A program made the position numbers and the translations under genes. From Trichlorobacter lovleyi SZ (GTDB taxonomy: Bacteria; Desulfobacterota; Desulfuromonadia; Geobacterales; Pseudopelobacteraceae), in contig NC_010814.1 in the NCBI RefSeq assembly GCF_000020385.1, forward strand, positions 720,001 through 752,000: a DNA stretch of 32,000 nt. The letters are read 5' to 3'. The notes beneath the pieces were generated by a model that was given only the letters and a program-made list of their open reading frames with translations, did not search any database and was not told the origin of the DNA. This document shows positions 9,812 through 18,881 of this stretch, piece after piece (positions within the stretch are counted from its first letter, which is position 1; each line of letters opens with the position of its first letter).

Positions 9812-12075
9812 GCCCTGCCTGCCTTTCTCTTTTTGTATTTGGGATCAGTGATCCGTTCCAGGTACTCAAGGGATTGCATCAGTGTCCATGAGATCAGGAA
9901 GTAGAGGATGGCCACCATGACCAGGGGAAAGAAGGCGTCAAAGGTGCGGCTGCGGATGATGTCGCTGGCCTTGGTCAGATCCTGTACGGCGATGTAGCCG
10001 ACAATGGAGGTCATCTTGACCAGGGAGATGAACTCGCCTTTGTAGACCGGCAGGATCCGCCGCACCATCTGGGGCAGCACAATATGCAGGAAGGTGCTGG
10101 TCCTGGTGAAGCCCAAAGAGATACCAGCCTCGGTCTGTCCCTTTTCCACCCCTTCAATGCCGGTCCTGAAGATCTCGGCGGTGTAGGCGCCGAAGTTCAT
10201 GCCAAAGGCGATCACCGCCACAATGACCGGGTTGATGTTGATCGAGGCAAAGACGACATAGAAGATCAGCATCAACAGCACCAGTACCGGTGTGCCCCGC
10301 AGGATGGCGATGTAGAGCCTGGCAGGGGCAGAGAGCAGCCTGCTCTTTGCCATCCGCATGAAGCAGATCAGCGCCCCCAGCAGGGTGCCGAAGAGGGTGG
10401 CGAAGACCGAGATGACCACGGTGGTCTTGAGACCGTCCAGGATCAGCAGATACCGCCTCTCATGGATGATGTTGCTCTGAAAACTGGTGACAAGGTCGCT
10501 GAAAAAGGAGGGGGTGACCACCTTGGGACTGTCGCTTTTGATGGCAGACTCAGCAATATTCTTTTTCAGTGCAAAGACGCTGGCCCCCAGTTCGTAGTAC
10601 GGGTCTGAAAAGGCGACCTGCTTTTTACGCTCGTCAGTAATCATCAGGGTGCTGAAGATGGCGTCGATCTTGTTGGTTGAGGCGGCGGCGATCAGGCTGC
10701 CAAACTCCATGTCGGCAAAAACCGGCTCCTTGCCCAGCCAGGCGGCAAACCGTTCAGCCAGTTCAACATCAAAGCCGATCATTCTGTTGTCTTTCATGAT
10801 GGTAAACGGCATCCCTTTGTCACTGACAATGCCGATCACCAGTCGGCCCTTGCTCTTTGCCCCGTCAACTTTCGGCATCCGGGTACTGCCCTGCAGGATC
10901 CAGCGGGTGACCATGTCGTTAAACAGGCCGCTTCCCCTGATCTGCTTCAGGAAACTGTTGAACTGAGTACGCAAGGTGTCGTTGGTCTTGTTGAAGCCGA
11001 CGCCGATCGGCACGGAAAAGAGCGGTTTGCCCAGCAGCGCCAGCTCGGGGTCCTGCCGCAGCACTTCCAGCAGGGTCTCGTGGGTATAAAAGGCTGCATC
11101 TACCTTGCCGGACTTGACCGCCAGCACCAGGTCGGAGGGGCTTTTGTACTGCAGGACGGTGGCCCGGGGATACTGTTTGGTGGCGTAGGTGTCATGGACC
11201 GAGCCCAGCAGTACGCCGATCCGTTTGTCCTTCAGATCATCGGCAGAGCTGAGTTTAGTGGCTCCGCTTTGGCTTGCGGGCGGTGTAACGCCGGGCTTCC
11301 TGACCAGCATGACCTGGGCATTGGCAAAGTAGGGTTGGGTGAAGTTGACTGTTTTTTTGCGTTCAGCGGTGGCGGTCATACCACTGATAATCAGGTCGAT
11401 CTTGCCTGACTGCAGGGCCGGTATCAACGCCATGAATTTCATGTTCAGGAACTCGATCGGGCGGTTGAGCCTGATGCTGACCCAACGGGCCAGTTCGCCG
11501 TCATGACCGCTGATCCGGCCGCTCTTGTCCACAAAGCTGAGCGGCTCACGGGTGGCACATACCCCGATTTTCAGCGGCTTACCTGCTGTGGGCAGGGGAA
11601 GATCCGGCTCTTGATAGGGGCTCAAGTCATCTTTGAACCAGCGCTTTTTCATGGCGGCAAGAGTACCGTCCGCCTGCAACTCGGCAATGACCCGGTTCAG
11701 GTCCGCCAGCAGCTGTTCCTCCCCCTTTCTGAGGGCGATGGAACTGTCTTCATTACTGAGCGGTTCCTGTTTCAGGAAGGTAAATTCCCGGTTGAGCTTG
11801 GCGACCTGCAGTGCGGTCGGATAGGCCGTGACGATCGCCTCCAGCTGCCCTGATTTCATGGCAGCCACCGCATCCATCACGTCATCAAAGCTCTTGACCT
11901 GAGCCCGGGGAAAACGCTCTTTGGTAATCTGTTCGCCGGTTGTGCCGATCATGACGCCGATCCTGGCGGTTTTGGCATCATCCAGTGTGGTGATCGGCTT
12001 TTCCTGTTTCCTGCAACCGCTGCTGCAGGCAAGGAACAGCAGCAGCGCCATAATTGTCAGTAATGCCCGTTTCAT
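9808..12075 (-). CDS. Fused amino-acid ABC substrate-binding domains (SBP_bac_3 halves in the order C-N-C-N) plus permease domain, 755 aa
   Basis: A signal peptide is followed by four half-SBP segments recognisable against GlnH. The His/Glu/Gln/Arg-type TMD follows ([11 protein letters not shown]...[42 protein letters not shown]-type loop). Confidence 0.9.
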   Translation of the reverse strand: MKRALLTIMALLLFLACSSGCRKQEKPITTLDDAKTARIGVMIGTTGEQITKERFPRAQVKSFDDVMDAVAAMKSGQLEAIVTAYPTALQVAKLNREFTFLKQEPLSNEDSSIALRKGEEQLLADLNRVIAELQADGTLAAMKKRWFKDDLSPYQEPDLPLPTAGKPLKIGVCATREPLSFVDKSGRISGHDGELARWVSIRLNRPIEFLNMKFMALIPALQSGKIDLIISGMTATAERKKTVNFTQPYFANAQVMLVRKPGVTPPASQSGATKLSSADDLKDKRIGVLLGSVHDTYATKQYPRATVLQYKSPSDLVLAVKSGKVDAAFYTHETLLEVLRQDPELALLGKPLFSVPIGVGFNKTNDTLRTQFNSFLKQIRGSGLFNDMVTRWILQGSTRMPKVDGAKSKGRLVIGIVSDKGMPFTIMKDNRMIGFDVELAERFAAWLGKEPVFADMEFGSLIAAASTNKIDAIFSTLMITDERKKQVAFSDPYYELGASVFALKKNIAESAIKSDSPKVVTPSFFSDLVTSFQSNIIHERRYLLILDGLKTTVVISVFATLFGTLLGALICFMRMAKSRLLSAPARLYIAILRGTPVLVLLMLIFYVVFASININPVIVAVIAFGMNFGAYTAEIFRTGIEGVEKGQTEAGISLGFTRTSTFLHIVLPQMVRRILPVYKGEFISLVKMTSIVGYIAVQDLTKASDIIRSRTFDAFFPLVMVAILYFLISWTLMQSLEYLERITDPKYKKRKAGRA
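9814..10494. repeat. 681-bp segment, copy 1 (permease-domain coding region), 678/681 identical to 30407-31087
   Basis: Direct base-by-base comparison finds differences only at 9952, 9954 (CGC versus AGA, both Arg) and 9988 (GCC versus GCG, both Ala). Confidence 0.95.
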
Positions 12076-12185
12076 ACCGCAACCTCATGTTTCAGGGACT
12101 GTCGCTTCTGTACCGCCACCCGGTGACCGGCCATGCCGGCTACCGGGGTCGGGACATCGCTACCGGTAGGCTTGCTGCTGCTGTC

Positions 12186-12203
12186 TTGCGTCTTGCATGC
12201 CAT
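12186..12203 (-). promoter_or_regulatory. Candidate sigma-54 (-24/-12) promoter upstream of the SBP-permease/ATPase operon
   Basis: The minus strand reads ATGGCATGCAAGACGCAA. GG and GC are separated by exactly 10 nt, the -24 half is TGGCAT and the -12 half is ACGCA (weaker). It lies about 100 nt upstream of the ATG at 12075. No GCCAAC dyad lies upstream. Confidence 0.35.
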
Positions 12204-12212
12204 GTTTTGCTC

Positions 12213-14687
12213 CTAAGGATAGGTTATTTTCGGTGTCAGGTAGAGAACCGGATGGTAATGGAAGGTTGCAAAAGGGTTCCAGCTATAGGCGGCAGTGCCC
12301 TGCGTCAGGGTGAAAAAGGCATAGTCACCGTATTTTCTGTCACCGTTTGCATCCAGCCCCATGAAGTTGCTCATGCCGATGTAGTGGTCCGACCCGCTCA
12401 GGACAGCGCTTCGCAGCACCGTCGGGTCGGTTGACCATTCACTGTCGAGCAACGCCGTTACGATGATCCAGAGGGCATCCCAGGCCGGGTAGGCGTAAAG
12501 CGCGGGGATACCGTTATAGGCCTCCCGGATGTCGTCCCGGATAACCAGCTTTGTAATCGAGTTCGGCTGGGGCGCGTGCTGGATAAAGACATGCTCGATC
12601 GGGCAGGTGAAGCTGCGTGCCGCAGCATAGGCTGCTGCTGCAGGGGTTGCTGCAAGCCGTTCATTCTGGGCCGATCCGTCGCTGCCGTACCACTTTACCG
12701 TGGCAAGGGAGGGGTACGCGGGGGCCTGGAGAAAGATCTCGGTGATTTCATCAAAGGAGGCGGTCAACACTGCGGTACTTGCCGGTGTAGCCGAGTTCAG
12801 GGCACCGGCAAGGGTGGCCAGCTGGCCGGCAAAATTGACGGTGTCCGTCGGATAGGTGACGCTGGTCATGATCGTTCCGCCCAGCGCCTGAAATTCACTG
12901 GCGGTACGGCTTGCCAGATCCGTTCCCCAGATGTCGTTGCGGGCCATGATTGCCAGGGAGCGCACCCCCTGTTCATACAAGAGCATGGCCAGGGCCTGGG
13001 CCTCAAGCGTTGCGCTCGGTACAAAACGGATCAGGTTGTCGCCGGGTTGTGCCAGCTGGATGGCATTACTTGACGGACTGAGCAGGATGACACCGCGGCT
13101 GTTGGCTGCCGATAGCACCCGCTGGCACTCAGCGCTGGTCACCGGACCGACAATGAACCTGATCCCGCGATCAGCCAGTGTCGTAAAACCGGCCAATGCC
13201 TGGTCGGCATCGGAGCCGGTGTCGATAATGTCCAGCGCTATCTTGACCGGATAGCCGTGCCGGGTGAGGTAGGTGTTGATGTTGTCACATGCTGCCACCA
13301 GGCCGGCCCTGATTGAGCGGCCATTGTAGGATTGGCTGCCGGTCAGACTCAGCAGGGCGCCGATCCTGACCTCTGCCGCGGGAGGGGTGAGCCCCTTCAG
13401 AACCGGCTCTGAGACATCGATAATCTTCGGGGTTGCCTGCTGTTCGTACTGATAGGCGGCCTTGAGTTGCCAGGCATAGCTGCTGCCGTTTGCCGCGATG
13501 CTGTAGAAGGCATAGTTACCTTTGTTCATGTCGCCTGCCGCATTCATTACCAATGCGCCGTTCAGCCCGACGTTGCTCTTTGCAGTAGCGACCAGCCCTG
13601 TTTTCAGTGTTTCGGTATCGGCATTGATACCGCTGGCGGTGTAGGTCTTGGCGGTCAGCCACAACGCATCCCAGGTGGCGAAGGTGGTGCTGTCGGCCTG
13701 ACGGCCGAGCTGTTGCGAAAGCTTTTCGCGCAGTGCGCGGTCGATCAGTACGGTGCCCGGCAAAGGCAGCACCACATCTTCCCTGCTGAAGATCGGAGAC
13801 AGCAGGTTGGTCTGCGCCGCAAAGGCGGAGGCGGTGGCTGAAGCGGTAATCAGGGGGGAGAGGGTTGAGGCATCGCTGCCGAACCAAGCGGCTTGTGCCA
13901 GCGACGGCCTGCTTGCTGCAGCGTTCAGCAGGGCAACCGAGTCGGTCGGATAGGAAATCATCACCACCGCCACCTTGCCGGCTCCATGGGTGGTTAATGC
14001 CTGTGAAACCTGGGCGGCTGCCTGATCAAGCTCCGAGTCATACGCGCCGGCGCCGGGAGCATAACGGACACCGCTCAATACCGTGCCACCGCCGGTCTGG
14101 AAGGCGGTGGTGATGCTTGTCTTGAGGTCATCACCCCAGACATCGCCGCGCCAGACCGGAACCATTGCCGTGAATCCCTTTTTCAACATCAAGGCGGCTG
14201 TACCGGCCCCCTGGCTGTTGTCGTTGGGCATCAGCCGGAACAGGTTATCACCGGCGATGGCCAGCGAGGTTGCGGTACTGGCCGGACTTATCAGGATCAT
14301 GCCCAGCGAGTTTGCCATCGGCAGGATCGCCGCACACTCGGCACTGCTGACGGGACCGATGACAAACCTGATCCCCTGGGCCTTGAGCGCCAACAGGGCC
14401 AGCAAAGCCCCTTGCGGATCGGAGGCCGTATCTTTCACCACGGTTGTGAGCCTGAAATTCTGCCCTTCCAGAGTAAGCCGCCGGTTTACCTGGGGCAGGC
14501 CGACCGTAAGTGCCGCCTGCATCCCTTCCCCGATATGTTTCAGGCTGCCGGTGAGCGGCGCCAGGACACCGATCGATATGGTCTGGGGCGTGCTGCTGGA
14601 GGATGAAGAAGATGATGAACAGCCCCCCTGTACCAGCAGGGTGCAGAGTAACAATATCTGCAGCAGCAAAAACGGACGGATTTTCAT
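12213..14687 (-). CDS. Tandem-duplicated LivK/Peripla_BP_6-type binding lipoprotein with poly-Ser tether, 824 aa
   Basis: A signal peptide plus GGC is followed by S9. Two homologous modules follow (IGVLAPLTGSL...GIRFVIGPVSSAECAAILPMANSLGMILISP and IGALLSLTGSQ...GIRFIVGPVTSAECQRVLSAANSRGVILLSP). RBS AAGGAG. Confidence 0.8.
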   Translation of the reverse strand: MKIRPFLLLQILLLCTLLVQGGCSSSSSSSSSTPQTISIGVLAPLTGSLKHIGEGMQAALTVGLPQVNRRLTLEGQNFRLTTVVKDTASDPQGALLALLALKAQGIRFVIGPVSSAECAAILPMANSLGMILISPASTATSLAIAGDNLFRLMPNDNSQGAGTAALMLKKGFTAMVPVWRGDVWGDDLKTSITTAFQTGGGTVLSGVRYAPGAGAYDSELDQAAAQVSQALTTHGAGKVAVVMISYPTDSVALLNAAASRPSLAQAAWFGSDASTLSPLITASATASAFAAQTNLLSPIFSREDVVLPLPGTVLIDRALREKLSQQLGRQADSTTFATWDALWLTAKTYTASGINADTETLKTGLVATAKSNVGLNGALVMNAAGDMNKGNYAFYSIAANGSSYAWQLKAAYQYEQQATPKIIDVSEPVLKGLTPPAAEVRIGALLSLTGSQSYNGRSIRAGLVAACDNINTYLTRHGYPVKIALDIIDTGSDADQALAGFTTLADRGIRFIVGPVTSAECQRVLSAANSRGVILLSPSSNAIQLAQPGDNLIRFVPSATLEAQALAMLLYEQGVRSLAIMARNDIWGTDLASRTASEFQALGGTIMTSVTYPTDTVNFAGQLATLAGALNSATPASTAVLTASFDEITEIFLQAPAYPSLATVKWYGSDGSAQNERLAATPAAAAYAAARSFTCPIEHVFIQHAPQPNSITKLVIRDDIREAYNGIPALYAYPAWDALWIIVTALLDSEWSTDPTVLRSAVLSGSDHYIGMSNFMGLDANGDRKYGDYAFFTLTQGTAAYSWNPFATFHYHPVLYLTPKITYP

Positions 14688-14759
14688 CGTAGCACTCCTT
14701 GCAATTGACTGCGGCGCAACTTGATTGCGCTGCAGGGGAATTAGACTAATTGCAGCTTG

Positions 14760-15947
14760 TTATGCAGTATTCCCGGGTTTCAGGAGCCGCTGTTTCATGG
14801 CGATGATCCTGCGACTGGCCTGTTCGATCCGCTCCCGGGGGATTCTGCCCTGCTGTACCAGATTCAGCAGCAGCTCAATGGTGCGGGGCATGATATCGGG
14901 GCTGTAGAGCTTGTCATTCGCCACCACCAGCAGGTCAACCCCGGCATTGATCGCCTTCTCCACAGCGGTTTCGTAGCTGTAATGCTGGATAATCGCCCCC
15001 ATGTAGAGGTCGTCGCTGACCACCACGCCATCAAAACCGAGCTGTTTGCGCAGGATGCCGTCAATGGTGGCCCTGGAAAGCGTGGCGGGATGGTCCGGGT
15101 CGATGGCGGTATTGAAGGTGTGGGCGGTCATGACCATATCACACAGCCCCTGACTGATCAGATCGCGGTAGGGCTGCAGCTCGTTTTCATGCCAGTAGCG
15201 GGTCACATCCACCAGTCCCAGGTGCGAGTCATCCCGGGAGCTGCCATGGCCGGGGAAGTGCTTCAGGCAGGTCAGGATATGGTGGCGGTGGTGGCTCTTG
15301 ATGAACTCGGCGGCATGGGCCGCTACCAACGCCGGGTCAGCCGAGAAACTGCGCTCTTTAAAGGCGATTACCGGGTTATCCGGGTTCGTTGCCAGGTCAA
15401 CCACCGGCGCCAGGTTCAGGTTGAAGCCGTATTCATCCAGCGTTGCCGCGAGGTTTTCGCTGGATGAACGGGTCAGGTCCAGCCGGTTCTGTTGTCCCAG
15501 ATATTTGGCCGAGACCGTGGCAGGAAAACCGTAGCGGTCTTTCAAACGGGCGACCACCCCTCCTTCCTGATCCACCGCAATCAAGAGCGGCAGTTCAGAG
15601 GCCTGCTGCAGGGCGGTGGTCAGCTGCTTCAGCTGGGCCGGGGCTGTGATATTGCGGCCGGTTACCCCAAGGTCGATGTTGTTGTCAAACAGCACCACCC
15701 CACCTGCGCCGTAGCGGCGGATGGCCTGATCAATCGGGCTGTCCGGTTCCAGGGTCTCGCCGGGAAAGCCCAACAACAGCATCTGGGCGATCTTGCGCTC
15801 CAGCGGCCAGCTCTGCAGGTCCGGCGGCAATGTCTTGACGGCTGTGCTGCGGGTGACGGCACAGCCGCCCAGCAGGCCGGGCAGCAGCAATGAAGCGCCG
15901 GTCAGGGCGCTGTTTTGAAGAAAGGTACGGCGTGTGCAGGAAAACAT
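14760..15947 (-). CDS. Exported glycoside hydrolase family 3 (NagZ-like beta-N-acetylhexosaminidase), Tat signal plus lipobox, 395 aa
   Basis: The start is chosen at ATG 15947 (GAGG RBS), giving MFSCTRRTFLQNSALTGASLLLPGLLGGC. The GH3 N-domain motifs are DQEGG, KHFPGHG and VVSDDL. Confidence 0.8.
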   Translation of the reverse strand: MFSCTRRTFLQNSALTGASLLLPGLLGGCAVTRSTAVKTLPPDLQSWPLERKIAQMLLLGFPGETLEPDSPIDQAIRRYGAGGVVLFDNNIDLGVTGRNITAPAQLKQLTTALQQASELPLLIAVDQEGGVVARLKDRYGFPATVSAKYLGQQNRLDLTRSSSENLAATLDEYGFNLNLAPVVDLATNPDNPVIAFKERSFSADPALVAAHAAEFIKSHHRHHILTCLKHFPGHGSSRDDSHLGLVDVTRYWHENELQPYRDLISQGLCDMVMTAHTFNTAIDPDHPATLSRATIDGILRKQLGFDGVVVSDDLYMGAIIQHYSYETAVEKAINAGVDLLVVANDKLYSPDIMPRTIELLLNLVQQGRIPRERIEQASRRIIAMKQRLLKPGNTA

Positions 15948-16154
15948 GGTGCCTCGTTTGTTTGTGGAATCGGGATTGCTACCGTTGTTCTGTCCGGATC
16001 TGTACATCGGGCCAGACCGCTGCACTGGTAGCTATGATGTCTAACACAGTGTAACAGATAGTTTGTTGTCGGCACTCCCTAGGGCGAAATGGGGGGCACC
16101 GGCAGAGCCGGGCCGCCCTGCAGATCTACTTGTTTTGCAGCCTTGAGGGCAATT

Positions 16155-16868
16155 CTATTTTTCCGCGCTCTCCAGATCTTTTTCGATGTCGCGCTGGAAA
16201 TCACAGGTCAGATAATCAAAGCTCATCGGCAGTCCCAGCTCAAGGGTGGTCAGGAACTGTATACCCACGGTCACGCCGTTGGGGCAGCATTCCAGCAGAT
16301 GGCCGCCGGTTGTGCGGTCTGCGGAAAGAAAATGCAGGTGCAGGCCGGGTACACTCAACGACCCCATGAATGACGGCGTGTAAAAGCCCACCAGGGTCCC
16401 CTCGGTATCCAGATATTCAAAGACCGGCTGATCTTTGGCCACCTCTGCCAGGGGACGGTAGCTCTCCTGACGGGGAACGGAACGGACCCTGACCCGGCTG
16501 AAACTCCCCTCAACACGGATGGCATAGAAGATGTTGGCTGAGGGTAGCAAGCTGTTCAGCCAGTCCAGAAAGACCTGATACGAACGCTCTCCCTCCAGCC
16601 GGTCATGGCTGGCCGGGCGGTAAAAGGTGACGCAGGAAAAAGGGGTCAGGAGATCTTCACTGACCTTGGCGGCTGCACCATCGGAGGTGATCTGGTAGAC
16701 GTTGCCATCCAGCATCACCATCTCGCCGTCAAGGTGGTCAAAGGTACCCAGCCCGAAGTCGCCGTGTTGTCTGATCTCGCTAAAGGGGATCCGCTGCTGG
16801 TAGATCCCTTCCACCAGGGCGTTGACCGGGGCACAGAAGTAGATCCGGTTGGTGCGGCTGTCCTGCAT
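16155..16868 (-). CDS. budA: Alpha-acetolactate decarboxylase, 237 aa
   Basis: ALDC hallmarks are present: GDFGLGTFDHLDGEMVMLDG, GTLVGFYTP and VPGLHLHFLSADRTTGGHLLE. RBS AAAGGA. Confidence 0.85.
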   Translation of the reverse strand: MQDSRTNRIYFCAPVNALVEGIYQQRIPFSEIRQHGDFGLGTFDHLDGEMVMLDGNVYQITSDGAAAKVSEDLLTPFSCVTFYRPASHDRLEGERSYQVFLDWLNSLLPSANIFYAIRVEGSFSRVRVRSVPRQESYRPLAEVAKDQPVFEYLDTEGTLVGFYTPSFMGSLSVPGLHLHFLSADRTTGGHLLECCPNGVTVGIQFLTTLELGLPMSFDYLTCDFQRDIEKDLESAEK

Positions 16869-16905
16869 ATAGGTTGTCCTTTCTCAAACCGGAGCCGGGT
16901 GCATA

Positions 16906-18084
16906 TCAGGCAAACAGGCGTCCCTTCAGTGCCATGATACGCCGGTAGGACTGATCAATCCGTTGTTCGGATATCCTGCCGCTGTTCACCAGATCAACCA
17001 CATGATTAATGGTGGTGGGGGTGATCTCGGGATCATACTCCAGGTTGTTGGAAACCAGGATAATATCCACCCCGGCCAGGATACTTTTTTCGACAATGGT
17101 CTTGTAATCAAAGAACTGGGTCAGCCCCTGCATCTGCAGGTCATCGGTTACCACCACCCCGTTAAACCCCAACTGTTCACGCAGTATGCCGGTGATGAAC
17201 GGTTGTGAGAGGGTTGCGGGCAGATCAGGATCAATATGCCGGTTAAAGACATGGGCGGTCATCACCATCCTGGCCTTGTCTGCGTTGATCAGATTCCGGT
17301 ACGGCTCAAGTTCAACAGCCGACCAGGTATCGGTCACATCCACAAACCCCAGATGGGAGTCGGCGGTGGCGCTGCCGTGGCCGGGGAAATGTTTGAAACA
17401 GGTGGCGACCCGGTTTGCGTCGTGGGTCTCCACAAAGATCCGGGCATGGTTGGTGACAATGGACGGATCTGCGGAAAAACTGCGCTCCAGTGCGCCGATG
17501 GCCGGGCTTTGGGGGTTGATGTTCAGGTCAACCACCGGTGCAAAGTTCATGTTCAACCCGTTTGTTGCCAGAGTGGCACCGATACTGTCGGCATACAGCC
17601 GGGTAACCGCCGGGTTATTGAGGGTGCCGAGCTGCTGGGCCGAGACCGTGGGGGGAAAGCCGTAGCTCTCCTTCAGTCGCACGATTTTCCCCCCCTCCTG
17701 ATCAACGGCAATGAAGAGCGGGGTGGCGGAAAGTGTGCGCAGCTGGGCCGTCAGCCCTTGCAACTGCTCCGGCGAAACGATGTTGCGCCCGTAGGTCTTA
17801 AGCTTTGCATCCCGGTCAAAGAGGATGGTTCCGCCGATACGGTAGTCGCGGATGTCCCGGACAATGTAGTTGCTGTCATCCAGGGTCAGACCGCGGAAGC
17901 CCACCATCAGCATCTGGGCTATCTTCTGTTCCAATGGAACATCCCCTGATGAACTGCCGCAGCCGGCCATCAGGGACGGGAAGGCGGCCACCGTACCGGC
18001 CAGGGCGGCACCTTTCAGAAAGGTGCGGCGGCTGCAGGGCGGCAGCGGTGTGCTGCCTGATGATGACTGGTCGGACTGTTCCAT
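16906..18084 (-). CDS. Exported GH3 (NagZ-like) paralog, Tat signal plus lipobox, 392 aa
   Basis: The signal region is SRRTFLKGAALAGTVAAFPSLMAGC. It is a clear paralog of 14760-15947 (FAPVVDLNINPQSPAIGALERSFSADP, KHFPGHGSATADSHLG). Confidence 0.8.
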   Translation of the reverse strand: MEQSDQSSSGSTPLPPCSRRTFLKGAALAGTVAAFPSLMAGCGSSSGDVPLEQKIAQMLMVGFRGLTLDDSNYIVRDIRDYRIGGTILFDRDAKLKTYGRNIVSPEQLQGLTAQLRTLSATPLFIAVDQEGGKIVRLKESYGFPPTVSAQQLGTLNNPAVTRLYADSIGATLATNGLNMNFAPVVDLNINPQSPAIGALERSFSADPSIVTNHARIFVETHDANRVATCFKHFPGHGSATADSHLGFVDVTDTWSAVELEPYRNLINADKARMVMTAHVFNRHIDPDLPATLSQPFITGILREQLGFNGVVVTDDLQMQGLTQFFDYKTIVEKSILAGVDIILVSNNLEYDPEITPTTINHVVDLVNSGRISEQRIDQSYRRIMALKGRLFA

Positions 18085-18119
18085 GATGCTGTGGTCTGTT
18101 CCTTTCAGAATAGTGCCGC

Positions 18120-18500
18120 TTAGAAGAAACCCGCCGGGGTACTTGAGCCCACGGTGACACCGCCCTGTTTGTCCACGGTAACAACGTAGTCTTTCAGCAG
18201 CTTGGGAACTGGCTCCTGATACTCCTTCAATACTGCCTTGCTGGGATCGGTACCGTCGGTGGTGTTAACCACCTTGATCTGGTTGACCGCTTTTACCGGT
18301 GATCCCAGCCCCGGCTTGGAGCTGTTGGGGTTGATGATCTCCGGACTGTTTTTGCTGCCGTCGCTGAATTTGACGCCGACGACGAGTACGAAATTTGAGT
18401 TGTTGATGACCTTGACCATACCGGCTTCGGCGCTGCCCAGACTGCACAGTGCGGTTGTCAGCAGGGTGGCGAATGCGGTGATGAGGGTTGTCTTTTTCAT
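18120..18500 (-). CDS. Small exported protein, 126 aa
   Basis: RBS AAGGAG. The signal peptide is MKKTTLITAFATLLTTALCSLGSAEA. The mature protein starts GMVKVINNS, a VKVxN motif shared with 7003, 23401 and 24410. Confidence 0.7.
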   Translation of the reverse strand: MKKTTLITAFATLLTTALCSLGSAEAGMVKVINNSNFVLVVGVKFSDGSKNSPEIINPNSSKPGLGSPVKAVNQIKVVNTTDGTDPSKAVLKEYQEPVPKLLKDYVVTVDKQGGVTVGSSTPAGFF

Positions 18501-18695
18501 GGTGATCTCCTTGGTTTAAGTAGGGACGTTCCCAAATTGAATGGGTAACATAGAAGGCAATACCGGTCGCTCGATTGTCATTTTGCCATTACCTGATTCC
18601 CCCTGAATACGACCTCGCAGGCCTTGGGGCCGGTTATACCTGTTATGTGCAACGAAGTGGCAGGCTCCCTCCATCCTGTTATTATTACCTTGTTC

Positions 18696-18712
18696 AGCAA
18701 TAGCTGTGCCAA
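18696..18712 (-). promoter_or_regulatory. Sigma-54 promoter (-24/-12)
   Basis: The minus strand reads TTGGCACAGCTATTGCT, a full match to TGGCAC-N5-TTGCT. The -24 G is at 18709 and the -12 C at 18697. The predicted TSS is near 18685, 185 nt before the ATG at 18500. Confidence 0.7.
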
Positions 18713-18756
18713 TGGCTAACATGCTGAATTAATGGCCTTGTAACTCTGCGGCAGCT

Positions 18757-18791
18757 GCCAACTTATGCCTGGTTCTGCCAACATTGTTGGC
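18757..18791 (-). promoter_or_regulatory. Bipartite upstream activating sequence (dyad plus third half-site)
   Basis: The minus strand reads GCCAACAATGTTGGC-N14-GTTGGC. The dyad centre at 18784 lies 75 nt upstream of the -24 G. Confidence 0.6.
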
Positions 18792-18881
18792 GGTTTGACG
18801 GCTCTGCATTGTGATACGGAAACAGACGGAACTCCGCTTCATTTTTTGTCACCCGGCGTCCCTTGAATACGGTTTTTGTTG

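Noticed and set aside
18516-18722. A 68-aa minus-strand ORF filling the leader of the 18500 gene
   Set aside because: Its ATG lies upstream of and overlaps the sigma-54 promoter. The internal ATG at 18674 has no spaced RBS. The peptide has no signal sequence or recognisable motif. It is noted only as a possible uORF under the long-leader finding.
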